Positions 19,955 to 29,292 of a DNA stretch of 64,000 nucleotides are shown here, one piece after another. The stretch's first letter is position 1. Each line of letters begins with the position of its first letter. The position numbers were made by a program, and so were the translations under genes. The notes below the pieces were generated by a model. That model had not been told where the DNA came from. It made no database searches and saw nothing but the letters and a program-made list of their open reading frames with translations. The stretch is from an uncultured bacterium. Lineage in GTDB: Bacteria; Patescibacteriota; Patescibacteriia; Patescibacteriales; UBA12465. Where the stretch lies: the NCBI GenBank assembly GCA_903945435.1, contig CAJAVM010000001.1, positions 9,071 through 73,070 of the forward strand, written 5' to 3'.

Positions 19955-21364
19955 TTAGAAAATCAATTTACTATTAAGATTCATAATTGCTTCAATCTCT
20001 GCTAATGTTAGGCCTTCCTGTTTATTTTTCTCACGCTTTTCTATAGCTTCTTTAAGCGGCAAGTTAGAAATAACTGCTTCCTGAACTATGTGTAAATATA
20101 AACGGCTAACCGGACTCTTACGCCAAGCACTAATTCCAGCAATCATTTTTTCATAACCGTCTTTTTCTAATAATTTGATTTTATTAAAAATTTTAACAGT
20201 AATCTCTTCAGGAGTTTTACCTAAACGACGAAAATTAACTAAATCTAAAAATTGAATTTCTTCCATTGGTCCCATTATTTTAGGAGCAGGTTTAACATCG
20301 TGCATGATTGGGCGACTAGAACTAGGCGCCACATCTCCTAAAATAGATTTTCTCGCAACAACCGGTCTAGGAGGAACTATAGTTGAAACTACCGGTATTG
20401 CAGCACTTATAGGCGGTTTAGTATCGGCAAATATTTTTTTTATAAAACTATTATTTTCTGGTTTACGGACAATTGGTTTTTGTGGATCAGTCGGAGTCCA
20501 TTTTGCAACAACCGGTTCCTTTACAACTTGAACTGGTTTTTCTACCAAAGGTGTAATTGGAGTTACGACTGGAGCCGAAGTTTTAACAGGATTCAAAATT
20601 GCATCAGGGGTAGTTTCGGAGATAGGTTGCTTAACTGCTCCCTGAGTAATCGGAGCGGCGATTCTTTTTGTTTCCCCGGATGCTAAAGCCCTTTTTAAAT
20701 CATATTCTACAATCGGATTAGAAAGACTATTTACTTTAGGAGTCGGTATAGCGCCTCCATCAGAAGCAGAAACAATTTTATCTAAACGAGTTAATGGAGC
20801 GACGCTGTTTACTAACGATGAGCTTGGAATTTCATCATATTTGAATTTATTACTATCACAAACCTTCAACACCCTATCAATTTCAAGCACGCTAAGATTT
20901 AAACCGCCAGTAGCAATATCTTTTGCAAGAGACGCCCTAGTATCAATACGACTGCGCACTCCCCTTAGATATATGGCTAATATTTTATTTAATCGTTCTA
21001 TTAAAAATTCACTCGCCAAAACTAGGCCAGCTTCTTTAATTAAAATATTTATATCTTTAGATAAATCTAACGAACGACGTTCGGTAGATAAGCCAACATA
21101 ATCAGAAACGTTGATAAAAATTTTTTCCTTGAGCTCTTGCGTAATTTTTTCTGCCTGCTCAGGAGTTAGCCCAAATTCTCCCACAAAGATTGAAGACAAA
21201 TCTTTCAAAGATAAACCCTTAATCATCACTTTCATCACAATCATCGCTAAATCAACTCGATAACGGCTCTCAATTTCAGCTAAAGAAGCCATCGCTTCTT
21301 TCGAAGAAACCTTATCTTTTAAGTCCTTTGGCAAACTGTTAAATTGTTGTAGATAGTCAAACAT
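19955..21364 (-). CDS. Hypothetical protein with a Pro-rich central linker; first gene of the VirB4 cluster
   Basis: 469-aa ORF ending 6 bp before prgI. Confidence 0.8.
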   Translation of the reverse strand: MFDYLQQFNSLPKDLKDKVSSKEAMASLAEIESRYRVDLAMIVMKVMIKGLSLKDLSSIFVGEFGLTPEQAEKITQELKEKIFINVSDYVGLSTERRSLDLSKDINILIKEAGLVLASEFLIERLNKILAIYLRGVRSRIDTRASLAKDIATGGLNLSVLEIDRVLKVCDSNKFKYDEIPSSSLVNSVAPLTRLDKIVSASDGGAIPTPKVNSLSNPIVEYDLKRALASGETKRIAAPITQGAVKQPISETTPDAILNPVKTSAPVVTPITPLVEKPVQVVKEPVVAKWTPTDPQKPIVRKPENNSFIKKIFADTKPPISAAIPVVSTIVPPRPVVARKSILGDVAPSSSRPIMHDVKPAPKIMGPMEEIQFLDLVNFRRLGKTPEEITVKIFNKIKLLEKDGYEKMIAGISAWRKSPVSRLYLHIVQEAVISNLPLKEAIEKREKNKQEGLTLAEIEAIMNLNSKLIF

Positions 21365-21386
21365 TATGTAAGAAAAAACAAGAAAA

Positions 21387-21418
21387 ATAAACAGAAGTTA
21401 TACAATCCTTCTGTTTAT
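21387..21418 (-). terminator. Hairpin terminator downstream of the ATP-binding-domain gene
   Basis: ATAAACAGAAG-N10-CTTCTGTTTAT followed by a T-rich tract on the minus strand. Confidence 0.55.
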
Positions 21419-21480
21419 CATTTTAACATATTTTGACTAAAATTGAAAAGGCAAATACTAATGTAAATGCGAGACCAAAA

Positions 21481-22419
21481 CTACAAAGTAGTTATTGGCC
21501 GACTTTGAGTAATATAGAATTTTCCCTTCTCATAAGCCCACTCAATATCGCAAGGAAATTTATAATGTTGTTCAATAGCTAGACAAACTTTAGCTAGTTC
21601 AATTATCTGTTTTCCGGTGAGCTTCTGCTTAGCTTGAGCTGATTTAAGAACCGGGACCCATTTAATCCCTTTGCCAGGCGCTTTAACTATTTTGCGCTCT
21701 TGTTCAGAGATATTAATATCAATAATATCCATCTCTTTTTTACCTAAAACGTATGAATCCGGCGTTACTGATCCAGAAACAATGGCTTCTCCCAACCCAT
21801 ATCCTGCTTCAATAATCATTTGATTTCTATCTTGAGTAACTGGATGAACCGTAAAAGCAATTCCAGAAATTTCAGAATCAACCATTTTTTGAACGACAAC
21901 CGCAACACTGACCTTAGTTTTCAACATCTTTTTCTCATGACGATAGAAGATGGCTCGCGGAGTAAATAAACTCGACCAACATCTTTTTACATTATCGAGT
22001 AAAGTTTTTTCAGTTGTGTTTAAATATGTTTCTAATTCTCCAGCCCAAGAAGCAGCTGACGAATCTTCCGCTGTAGCGCTAGAACGAACAGCAACATATG
22101 GTGCTTTTAATTTTTTGAATTCTTTAACAATATCTAAAGATAAATCTTTAGGCATACTAACGCTCCTAATTAAAGCACGAATCGAGGATGAGGCGCCATC
22201 AACCGAGTTAACGTCTTTATAATTAACTTTTTTAAGTTGTGATTCTAATTCTTGAGTTAAATCAGTTTCTTCCAAAAACCTATCAAAAGCCTCAGCTAGA
22301 ATAACAAATCCAGGAGGAACTTTTAACCCCGCCTGAGTCATTTCTCCAAGCGATGCCCCTTTACCGCCAGCAATAGCAGCATCTTTTTTACCTATCTGAG
22401 AAAATGGTTTGATTAACAT
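21481..22419 (-). CDS. Stand-alone ATP-binding (PPDK_N, ATP-grasp) domain of the PEP synthase/RPH family
   Basis: GGKGASLGEM, VPPGF, AVRSSATAEDS..ASWAG, VVVQKMV, GLGE.IVSG.VTPD, DIEWA, QSRPITTL followed by a stop; no His domain. Confidence 0.93.
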   Translation of the reverse strand: MLIKPFSQIGKKDAAIAGGKGASLGEMTQAGLKVPPGFVILAEAFDRFLEETDLTQELESQLKKVNYKDVNSVDGASSSIRALIRSVSMPKDLSLDIVKEFKKLKAPYVAVRSSATAEDSSAASWAGELETYLNTTEKTLLDNVKRCWSSLFTPRAIFYRHEKKMLKTKVSVAVVVQKMVDSEISGIAFTVHPVTQDRNQMIIEAGYGLGEAIVSGSVTPDSYVLGKKEMDIIDINISEQERKIVKAPGKGIKWVPVLKSAQAKQKLTGKQIIELAKVCLAIEQHYKFPCDIEWAYEKGKFYITQSRPITTL

Positions 22420-22495
22420 ACATTTATAATATTATTTATTATCATTATTATTTTAGCATCAATAATGTTGAAGCTCAATTTTATTAATTAAAGAC

Positions 22496-24304
22496 TTAAC
22501 TAATAACATCAACTTTTCCATGAGTCGCATCGACATCAATAATCATTCCATCTTTTAAAATTTTAGTTGCAATCTTTGTTCCCACAACACAGGGAATCCC
22601 CAGTTCACGTGAAATAATGGCTGCATGACAAGTAATCCCGCCAACATCAGTTACTATCGCTGAAGCTTTTTTAATAGCGGGTATTAAATCGGGAGTAGTT
22701 GCAACCGAAATTAAGATATCACCATCCTTCATCTTCACCATATCCGCTATCACATTAATCACTTTGGCTTCCCCGCGCGCTCTTCCAGGAGATGCGCAAT
22801 CACCAGCTAAAAGTTTAGTATCTTTTATTTCTTCTTTTAAAATATTTAATTTTGAAATAAAAACTTTTGCTTTATCACCAGTTAGAAATACATCCGTTTT
22901 TGGTTTTTTGCTTGAATAATAAATACTAAAACTATATCTTTCGTTAAGCATTTCGGCGGAAATCTGCTCGCCCCTTAACATTTTCGATAATTCCTCGGGG
23001 CTTAAGTAACGAACCTGTCGCAAAGACAAATAACGACGTCTTCCTACCTCACGATAAACATTTTCTAAAACAGAAATTGCACAAAATAAAGCATCTTTTC
23101 TAGCTCCCTTGGTAAAAACCAAATCTCTAGCAAACTTCAAAATTCCTAAATGCTCAAAGTCGATAATTAATTTTTTAGCTAACTCGGCCTGTCGTTTTTC
23201 TGTTTTTAATTTATTTTCTTCTATTTCTTGCAAAGCTTTCGCAGGATTTATATTTTGTCTAATGAGACTACTTAAAATATCAATAAAATATTCCTGATTC
23301 CATCCTGGTCCCACCATTCCATAACCCAGAAAACCAAAATCGTCAGTATGCTTTTTTAATCTAGCGGCTATTTTTTTATCAACCTTATTAATATCTAAGG
23401 CAACAATGCGTGATTCCGTTAAACTAAAATATTTTTTTAATTTATCATCCGCTAATATATCTTTCAAAATCAGAAGAAGCGCTTTATATTCTTCAGCTGA
23501 TTTGGATGGCTGTAAAGGTGTAGTTAAAATTGAAAATACATCCCCCATTGATAATCCGGCCCCTTTTACTTTATCATCCAAATAATTCATCAAGTATTTC
23601 GAAAAGGTCCCATCACCAAAGTCTAAAACGGTTTGCGGAATATGAAGCAAATGGAGATTGAGATAAACTTTAAAAAATTTATCAAACGTATTGGCTAATT
23701 CAACGTCAGAATAAGCCTTTAAATTTGTACTTTTTAATTTTTCCGAGGCTTGATAAAGTTTTTGAGCATTTGTATTTAAATCATCAATATATTTTTCTCT
23801 CCAACTGGCGTCACTTTTAACACGAGCGAATATTTCTGTGCTTAAATCATAAAAATCTTTTTTATTCGCTAAAAGCTGACAAAAATTATTTTCAAAAATA
23901 GTTACTAAGGTATTTAAACTAGTCTTAAAATTATAAAGCCGACTAAACTTATTTGCCATTCCTTCATTCCAGGCTGGAGAAGTAAAAAGCGGATAATAAT
24001 TAGGCATTTCTTCCAAACAAAAAATCTCTGGACCATTTTTACCAGCATTATATTTTTTAAACATCGACGCTAGGTCTAGGAAAAATTCATTTTTTTGATT
24101 AACAAAAAAATATTTTTTATTATCAACAATTTCATTAATTAAAATACCTCCCTTTACTAAATTAGCCAGTTCTTTATGAACATTAGCCTGATCTAAGTTT
24201 AAAGTTTTTACAATTTCGCGTGCATAATATCTCTTCTCGATATTTGCAAAGAAGAAAGAAAGGATGTCTAAGCGGGCCTGTGAACTAATTAAATAATTTA
24301 GCAT
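22496..24304 (-). CDS. Winged-HTH + RPH-like helical domain + phospho-His swivel (PEP-utilizer mobile) domain protein
   Basis: N-terminal wHTH (Y.REI...L......V.KEL.NL...G); C-terminal [25 protein letters not shown]. Confidence 0.88.
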   Translation of the reverse strand: MLNYLISSQARLDILSFFFANIEKRYYAREIVKTLNLDQANVHKELANLVKGGILINEIVDNKKYFFVNQKNEFFLDLASMFKKYNAGKNGPEIFCLEEMPNYYPLFTSPAWNEGMANKFSRLYNFKTSLNTLVTIFENNFCQLLANKKDFYDLSTEIFARVKSDASWREKYIDDLNTNAQKLYQASEKLKSTNLKAYSDVELANTFDKFFKVYLNLHLLHIPQTVLDFGDGTFSKYLMNYLDDKVKGAGLSMGDVFSILTTPLQPSKSAEEYKALLLILKDILADDKLKKYFSLTESRIVALDINKVDKKIAARLKKHTDDFGFLGYGMVGPGWNQEYFIDILSSLIRQNINPAKALQEIEENKLKTEKRQAELAKKLIIDFEHLGILKFARDLVFTKGARKDALFCAISVLENVYREVGRRRYLSLRQVRYLSPEELSKMLRGEQISAEMLNERYSFSIYYSSKKPKTDVFLTGDKAKVFISKLNILKEEIKDTKLLAGDCASPGRARGEAKVINVIADMVKMKDGDILISVATTPDLIPAIKKASAIVTDVGGITCHAAIISRELGIPCVVGTKIATKILKDGMIIDVDATHGKVDVIS

Positions 24305-24310
24305 ATATTG

Positions 24311-24383
24311 TATATAATTTATGTTTTATAAATTATATAAATGTATTGTTTTATTGTCAATACTTATTGTAAAAAATACAATA
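24311..24383 (-). promoter_or_regulatory. Promoter with overlapping operator-like inverted repeats
   Basis: TTGACA (24360-24355)-N17-TATAAT (24337-24332); perfect 12-bp IR TATATAATTTAT-N5-ATAAATTATATA; TATTGTA-N5-TACAATA. Confidence 0.75.
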
Positions 24384-24400
24384 AAATAAACAGCTAACCA

Positions 24401-26281
24401 TTAAGCTCTCTCAATTACTTTTACAATTCCCTTATCGGCATCAACTTCTACTAAATCCCCATCGTGGAGTGCTTTAGTAGCGATTTTAGTCGCAATTACG
24501 CATGGTTTACGCATTTCTCGGGCAACAATAGCGGCATGGCTAGTTACCCCGCCCTGATCGGTTACAAAAGCGGCCGCCTTTTTCATAGCTGGAACTAAAT
24601 CAGGTTGAGTAGAGATAGAAACCAAAATATCTCCTTCTGCCATTTTTTTCATATCAGAAATTACATTAACAATTCTAACTCTCCCTCTAGCTTGGCCGCG
24701 ACAACCACATTGTCCCTTAAGTTCAGATGTTTCGACCTCCTCATGCTTTTGAATATATTTTTCAGTAATAGTTTTTGCCGCTGCGCCACTATAAAATAAT
24801 TCAGTATCTTTAGCTGTATAGTAAACACAAAACTCAACTCGTCTTTTTACTTCAGCCTTATCTATTAAGCCATCAAACAACGCCGCCTTAATCTCCGAGG
24901 ACTTCATAAAACGTAACTCTTTTAATTTTACACCAACTCGGTCAGCAATTTCCTCTAAAATAAACGTTGTTTTATAAAGAGCAAACAATTGAGCATAACG
25001 ACGATAGGTTTTAGTAACCATAAAATCTCCCCAAGCAGAAAAAAAGCGCTGAATATCTTTGGTTAAATTTAACTTTTTAATTAAAGCTCCTCTCTCTTGC
25101 AATGTCTTGGCTGTATGAGCTTCTTGGTCCGCAAATGTTTCGGCTAAATGTGCATCGCCATTAACCATTCTGACTAATTCCTTCAAATAATGTTCAAAAT
25201 CATAAACACCCTGCTCTTCTGTATAAATAAATTTGGTATAAAAATATTTATGATAATGGTCTTCTAGCTGCGACATTATTTCTGGGGAAATTTTTGCCTT
25301 TAGCCCACGTACTATTTCAGAAAATTTCGCTTCATACTCTTCACTGTGTGTATAGAGACCAAAAAATTTAACATCTTCTTCTTTAAATTTTCTAAATAAC
25401 TCTTTAAAAATGGCCAGTTGCGCCGGATTTTGCTGAACCATAATCCCAATCTTCATTAGGTTGTCCTGCTCCTCTTTTAAACGTGAGGCTTTATCGGGCT
25501 GAGTTAAGAGAGAAAGATATTCTTCAATATTATCTTCAACTACTCCTAATTTCTTCAAAATGCTTTTACCGCGATTGGTTAAGTTATCACCAAACATATC
25601 AGCGGCAACTGGAATCCAACCATAGCGATAATAATCGAGATGAATATCTTCATGTTTTTGATAATACTCCCAAATTTTTTCTTTACTTAATTTTTCCAAG
25701 CCACTTTCCGGAATATCTTCAACTACTTCATTAAGTTTATCTGAATAAAATCTAATTTTAGAATTTACTTCTTCCATAAAATCAATATCCCCCAAAAATT
25801 TATCAACTAAATGTTCACCACCTTCATGGGCGTCAGCCTTATCAAAATAAAAACAAAGATTATAACCATGATAAACACCTACTATCTGTTTATAAGCATG
25901 CCCACCCGGTTCTTGAAAGCCGTTAGTAAAACAATAGAAAGGGATAGCCATAAACCAAGGGCTAATATTTACTATTTCCTCTGCTAGAAACCAATCGTGC
26001 TTAAACATTTTTTCAAAATCGCGTCCATTATTTTTTGCTAGTAATAATTTAAGCTCATCGATTGCTTGATAATTTTTATTTAAAATATAATATTTTTTCT
26101 TCCCAACAGTCTCCTGGCTTACGATTCCCTCTTCAATTAAACTAGTTAATTCGCGTGAAACATTAGCGCTATTTTTTTCCAAGGAATTAGCTATTTCACC
26201 TAAATAAAACTTAGTTCCTTCGGATTGGCTCAGAAGTTCCAATATTTCATAGGTAGTTTGTGATTTGAATAAATTTTTCAT
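24401..26281 (-). CDS. Winged-HTH + RPH-like helical domain + phospho-His swivel domain protein
   Basis: N-terminal wHTH (FYLGEIA..L....ANVSREL..L...G); C-terminal TDQGGVTSHAAIVAREMRKPCV. Confidence 0.88.
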   Translation of the reverse strand: MKNLFKSQTTYEILELLSQSEGTKFYLGEIANSLEKNSANVSRELTSLIEEGIVSQETVGKKKYYILNKNYQAIDELKLLLAKNNGRDFEKMFKHDWFLAEEIVNISPWFMAIPFYCFTNGFQEPGGHAYKQIVGVYHGYNLCFYFDKADAHEGGEHLVDKFLGDIDFMEEVNSKIRFYSDKLNEVVEDIPESGLEKLSKEKIWEYYQKHEDIHLDYYRYGWIPVAADMFGDNLTNRGKSILKKLGVVEDNIEEYLSLLTQPDKASRLKEEQDNLMKIGIMVQQNPAQLAIFKELFRKFKEEDVKFFGLYTHSEEYEAKFSEIVRGLKAKISPEIMSQLEDHYHKYFYTKFIYTEEQGVYDFEHYLKELVRMVNGDAHLAETFADQEAHTAKTLQERGALIKKLNLTKDIQRFFSAWGDFMVTKTYRRYAQLFALYKTTFILEEIADRVGVKLKELRFMKSSEIKAALFDGLIDKAEVKRRVEFCVYYTAKDTELFYSGAAAKTITEKYIQKHEEVETSELKGQCGCRGQARGRVRIVNVISDMKKMAEGDILVSISTQPDLVPAMKKAAAFVTDQGGVTSHAAIVAREMRKPCVIATKIATKALHDGDLVEVDADKGIVKVIERA

Positions 26282-26285
26282 ATAT

Positions 26286-26350
26286 TTGTCTATCAGACAA
26301 TAAAGATTGTCTTACAAACAAATAATATCGTAAAATAGCGAAAGAGTCAA
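26286..26350 (-). promoter_or_regulatory. Promoter and tandem TTGT-N7-ACAA operator boxes
   Basis: TTGACT (26350-26345)-N17-TATTAT (26327-26322); TTGTCTATCAGACAA (26286-26300) and TTGTCTTACAAACAA (26307-26321). Confidence 0.7.
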
Positions 26351-26399
26351 GGATTCTATTATAAAAAATACTAAAAATATGGGGATAAAGTGTTATATA

Positions 26400-26428
26400 T
26401 TGACAAATTACTCATAATATTATATAAT
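26400..26428 (+). promoter_or_regulatory. Sigma70 promoter of the divergent phosphatase pair
   Basis: TTGACA-N17-TATAAT. Confidence 0.8.
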
Positions 26429-26519
26429 ACAGGGATTGAACATTAAAAATTTCTATTATATAAACCAGGCAAAAAGCCAAAACGACCTCTGGTCCCGTAG
26501 GTTACGGGGCTCTTAAAGG

Positions 26520-27116
26520 ATGAAAAATCTTATCTATCTTAGACACGGGAAAAAAGACGGGGAAAACATTGCCAAAGATGCCCTTGATTCAATTGTGAAA
26601 AATGGTATTCCGGTTATTAATAACCTCTGCGTACGCCAAACAATCCGCACCCATTTGGGAACGGAATATGACCGGACAAGGCAAACAATCATGGCCTACG
26701 TTTGTTTCTTGGCCGGAGACGCTCAGGATAAAACCATTAATTGTGCCATTCATGGTGACATCCCTGCTGACCCGCGCCTGGGAAATAAAGCATTGTTTGA
26801 CGAATGGACTTCTAATCCTGAAGTCACTGCTGACGCTAACGCCCGCAACTGGTACAGAGCGTACGAAGATTACAACCCGATGTTCATTACCAGGGTTCAG
26901 CTTGACGCTCTCGCCGCATTACGCGACATCTTCGCTCAAGCGAATGATGGCGAACTCATCATTTCTATCGGCCATACGCCGATGATAGAATGGCTGGCCT
27001 TTGCACTTGATGCATCGGAAACAATTTCTCGCGACATCAAGTTGCAAGAATTGACCGGTTTCCTGATTACCGAAGACAACGGTCACATATATGTAACCGC
27101 CCAAATCGGATTCTAA
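26520..27116 (+). CDS. Histidine phosphatase superfamily protein
   Basis: IYLRHG, RT.QT, SIGH.P. Confidence 0.82.
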   Translation: MKNLIYLRHGKKDGENIAKDALDSIVKNGIPVINNLCVRQTIRTHLGTEYDRTRQTIMAYVCFLAGDAQDKTINCAIHGDIPADPRLGNKALFDEWTSNPEVTADANARNWYRAYEDYNPMFITRVQLDALAALRDIFAQANDGELIISIGHTPMIEWLAFALDASETISRDIKLQELTGFLITEDNGHIYVTAQIGF

Positions 27117-27149
27117 ACACAAAACAAAAAAACAACAAAAACCCTACCG

Positions 27150-27689
27150 ATGAAAGTAACCGCTGTACTACACTTTGACAAAGCCGCAGGCTTTATTGAT
27201 TCTTCTTCAGCTGAATTAGCAGCTAACCCCGGATTATCCTACAAAGGATTCAAAGACGCTTTAAGTATTTGCCAGAGGCTTGAACTTTTAGGTCCGTTCG
27301 ATGGAATGTTCGTCTCTCGCTTAGCCCGTGCACTCGATACCGCTTCGGTATTAGCAATGTATTTAAACATGGATTTTCAAACCATGTTTGGACTCGGACA
27401 AGCCGGAAATAAAGAAGGCGACAAAATTGTTATGTACCCAGGATTCGAAAACTCATGCTTCACTGGTTGGCAAAACAATGCGTTATCTTCTTTAGAAGAA
27501 CTTGCACTGCACGGTTACGGACACGTACTTATTGTAAGTCACAGACCAATTATTTGGTCATTGTGCGCTTATGCTCAAGGAATAACGACAGAAGAAGAAA
27601 TCTCTGCCTTAGTTATGAAGGGATTCAGCGATGAATCCATCTATCAGTTCGAATATAATTTCGGACTTCTACAATTGAATACGCTGTAA
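27150..27689 (+). CDS. Histidine phosphatase superfamily protein with a degenerate RHG motif
   Basis: VS.L.RA.DTA and LIVSH present; RHG replaced by LHF. Confidence 0.7.
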   Translation: MKVTAVLHFDKAAGFIDSSSAELAANPGLSYKGFKDALSICQRLELLGPFDGMFVSRLARALDTASVLAMYLNMDFQTMFGLGQAGNKEGDKIVMYPGFENSCFTGWQNNALSSLEELALHGYGHVLIVSHRPIIWSLCAYAQGITTEEEISALVMKGFSDESIYQFEYNFGLLQLNTL

Positions 27690-27709
27690 AAGCAAATTCT
27701 CTATACAAC

Positions 27710-27745
27710 AATCCCGACAAGCTCAACACTTGCCGGGATTTTTTT
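27710..27745 (+). terminator. Intrinsic terminator
   Basis: AATCCCGACAAG-ctcaaca-CTTGCCGGGATT-TTTTT. Confidence 0.75.
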
Positions 27746-27755
27746 ATTCAAAATA

Positions 27756-29267
27756 TTATTTTGTAATTATTTTAATAATTCCTTTATTTGCATCTACTTC
27801 GATTAAATCGCCGTCTTTAATAATTTTAGTTATATTCTTAACGCTAATCAGACAGGGCTTTTTCATCTCACGAGCAACAATAGAAGCATGACAAAGTAAT
27901 CCTCCTTCTTGAGTAACGAAAGCAGCCGCCTTTTCCATTGCCATAATATAAGAGGGGAATGTCATAACAGCAACAAAAATATCACCGCGCTTAACCTTGT
28001 TTATCATATTTGGATTAATTACCACCTTAGCAATCCCTCGTGCTTTACCTCCAAAAGCAATTACACCTTTCATCCCTTGATGATCATTCTTAAATATTTC
28101 TAAATTCTGATTTTTAACAAACGCCTTAGCCTCTTGCCCATCAAACATTTGAATTTTTTTATCTCTGATAACTGCCCACCGTTTCTTTCGTTTTTTTATT
28201 AGTTTAATATATTTAATATTCCCGGAAATAAAATAGTCACTTACCTCTTCCAAGGTTAAAAATAAAATATCTGAAAAAGATAGTGCTAATCGCCTCGCCA
28301 TTTCTTGTACAATAGGCGTCATTTTAGAAAAACCACGATTCAACTCATCAGTCCTATACGTTCTAATATATACATATTCACCGATAAGTTTAAGTGTATC
28401 TCTATCAGTTGAGCTCAGATGATATTTTTTCGAAAAATTTAATAAAGCTTTACTCCTCTTAGAAATAGTCTCCTGTATTAATTTCAATTCTTTGTGCCAA
28501 TCAGTTTTAACAATCTCTCGAATTCTATTTATAACATCATCGGGCGTAAATGGTGAACCCATCATCCAGCGCACACTCAGCCAAGAATAATCTTTTAAAA
28601 ATTTAGATATCAACCGTTTGGTGGCGGGCATTTTTTTTAAATCTACAGAATTAAAACCGGGACGCAGCAAAGTCTGCTTCTCTTTTTGACTCTTGAAAAT
28701 AATGTCTATAATTTTTAGAAGTGCCAGTTTTTCTTTCTGAGCATAATTGTACTTTATAGGTAAAGATAGCTCTTGTTTAAAATACTGTGCGTCTTTTTCG
28801 TTCTTTATTCGAGAAGATATAATATTATCCAATAATTCATCAAGATATTTTTCCATCACCCAGGGGACAACTAGAAAAGCAGTAAACTGTCGTAACTTTT
28901 TTCCAGACAGCATAAATAATCTATTAAGGCTTTTATCTGATATTATAGATAAGTCATTAGCAGAAATTAAGTTATCAATATACTTGATAGTCGACGTACC
29001 CTCAGCTTCGCACTTTTTTGCAATAGACCATAAAAATTTATTACCCTCACGCTTATGTCTGGCTACCTCATAATTAATAATACTCTCGCGGCAACCGACT
29101 TCCCAGTACAAATCATTTGGTTCATAAAAATGAGCATCCGGAAATTTTTTAATCGGAATAACGCGTTTAATATTATTATACTCGTTAGAATATATATTAA
29201 TCGAGTAAGAAAAAGGTACGTACGCCCTATCTACAATGTATTCCCATCGATTAGTTTTTTTGATCAT
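27756..29267 (-). CDS. RPH-like helical domain + phospho-His swivel domain protein
   Basis: KDYSWL, YIRTYRTD, DILFLTLEEV; TQEGGLLCHASIVAREMKKPC. Confidence 0.88.
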   Translation of the reverse strand: MIKKTNRWEYIVDRAYVPFSYSINIYSNEYNNIKRVIPIKKFPDAHFYEPNDLYWEVGCRESIINYEVARHKREGNKFLWSIAKKCEAEGTSTIKYIDNLISANDLSIISDKSLNRLFMLSGKKLRQFTAFLVVPWVMEKYLDELLDNIISSRIKNEKDAQYFKQELSLPIKYNYAQKEKLALLKIIDIIFKSQKEKQTLLRPGFNSVDLKKMPATKRLISKFLKDYSWLSVRWMMGSPFTPDDVINRIREIVKTDWHKELKLIQETISKRSKALLNFSKKYHLSSTDRDTLKLIGEYVYIRTYRTDELNRGFSKMTPIVQEMARRLALSFSDILFLTLEEVSDYFISGNIKYIKLIKKRKKRWAVIRDKKIQMFDGQEAKAFVKNQNLEIFKNDHQGMKGVIAFGGKARGIAKVVINPNMINKVKRGDIFVAVMTFPSYIMAMEKAAAFVTQEGGLLCHASIVAREMKKPCLISVKNITKIIKDGDLIEVDANKGIIKIITK

Positions 29268-29292
29268 ATAATCTTTTTAGAATAGCGCCCTA

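Noticed and set aside
21481..24304. A broken (frameshifted) PEP synthase/PPDK pseudogene
   Set aside because: The ATP-binding gene ends cleanly at the domain boundary (RPITTL-stop) and has its own extended -10 (TGCTAAAAT, 22458-22450). It lies downstream of the His-domain genes, and no pyruvate-binding barrel fragment is present.
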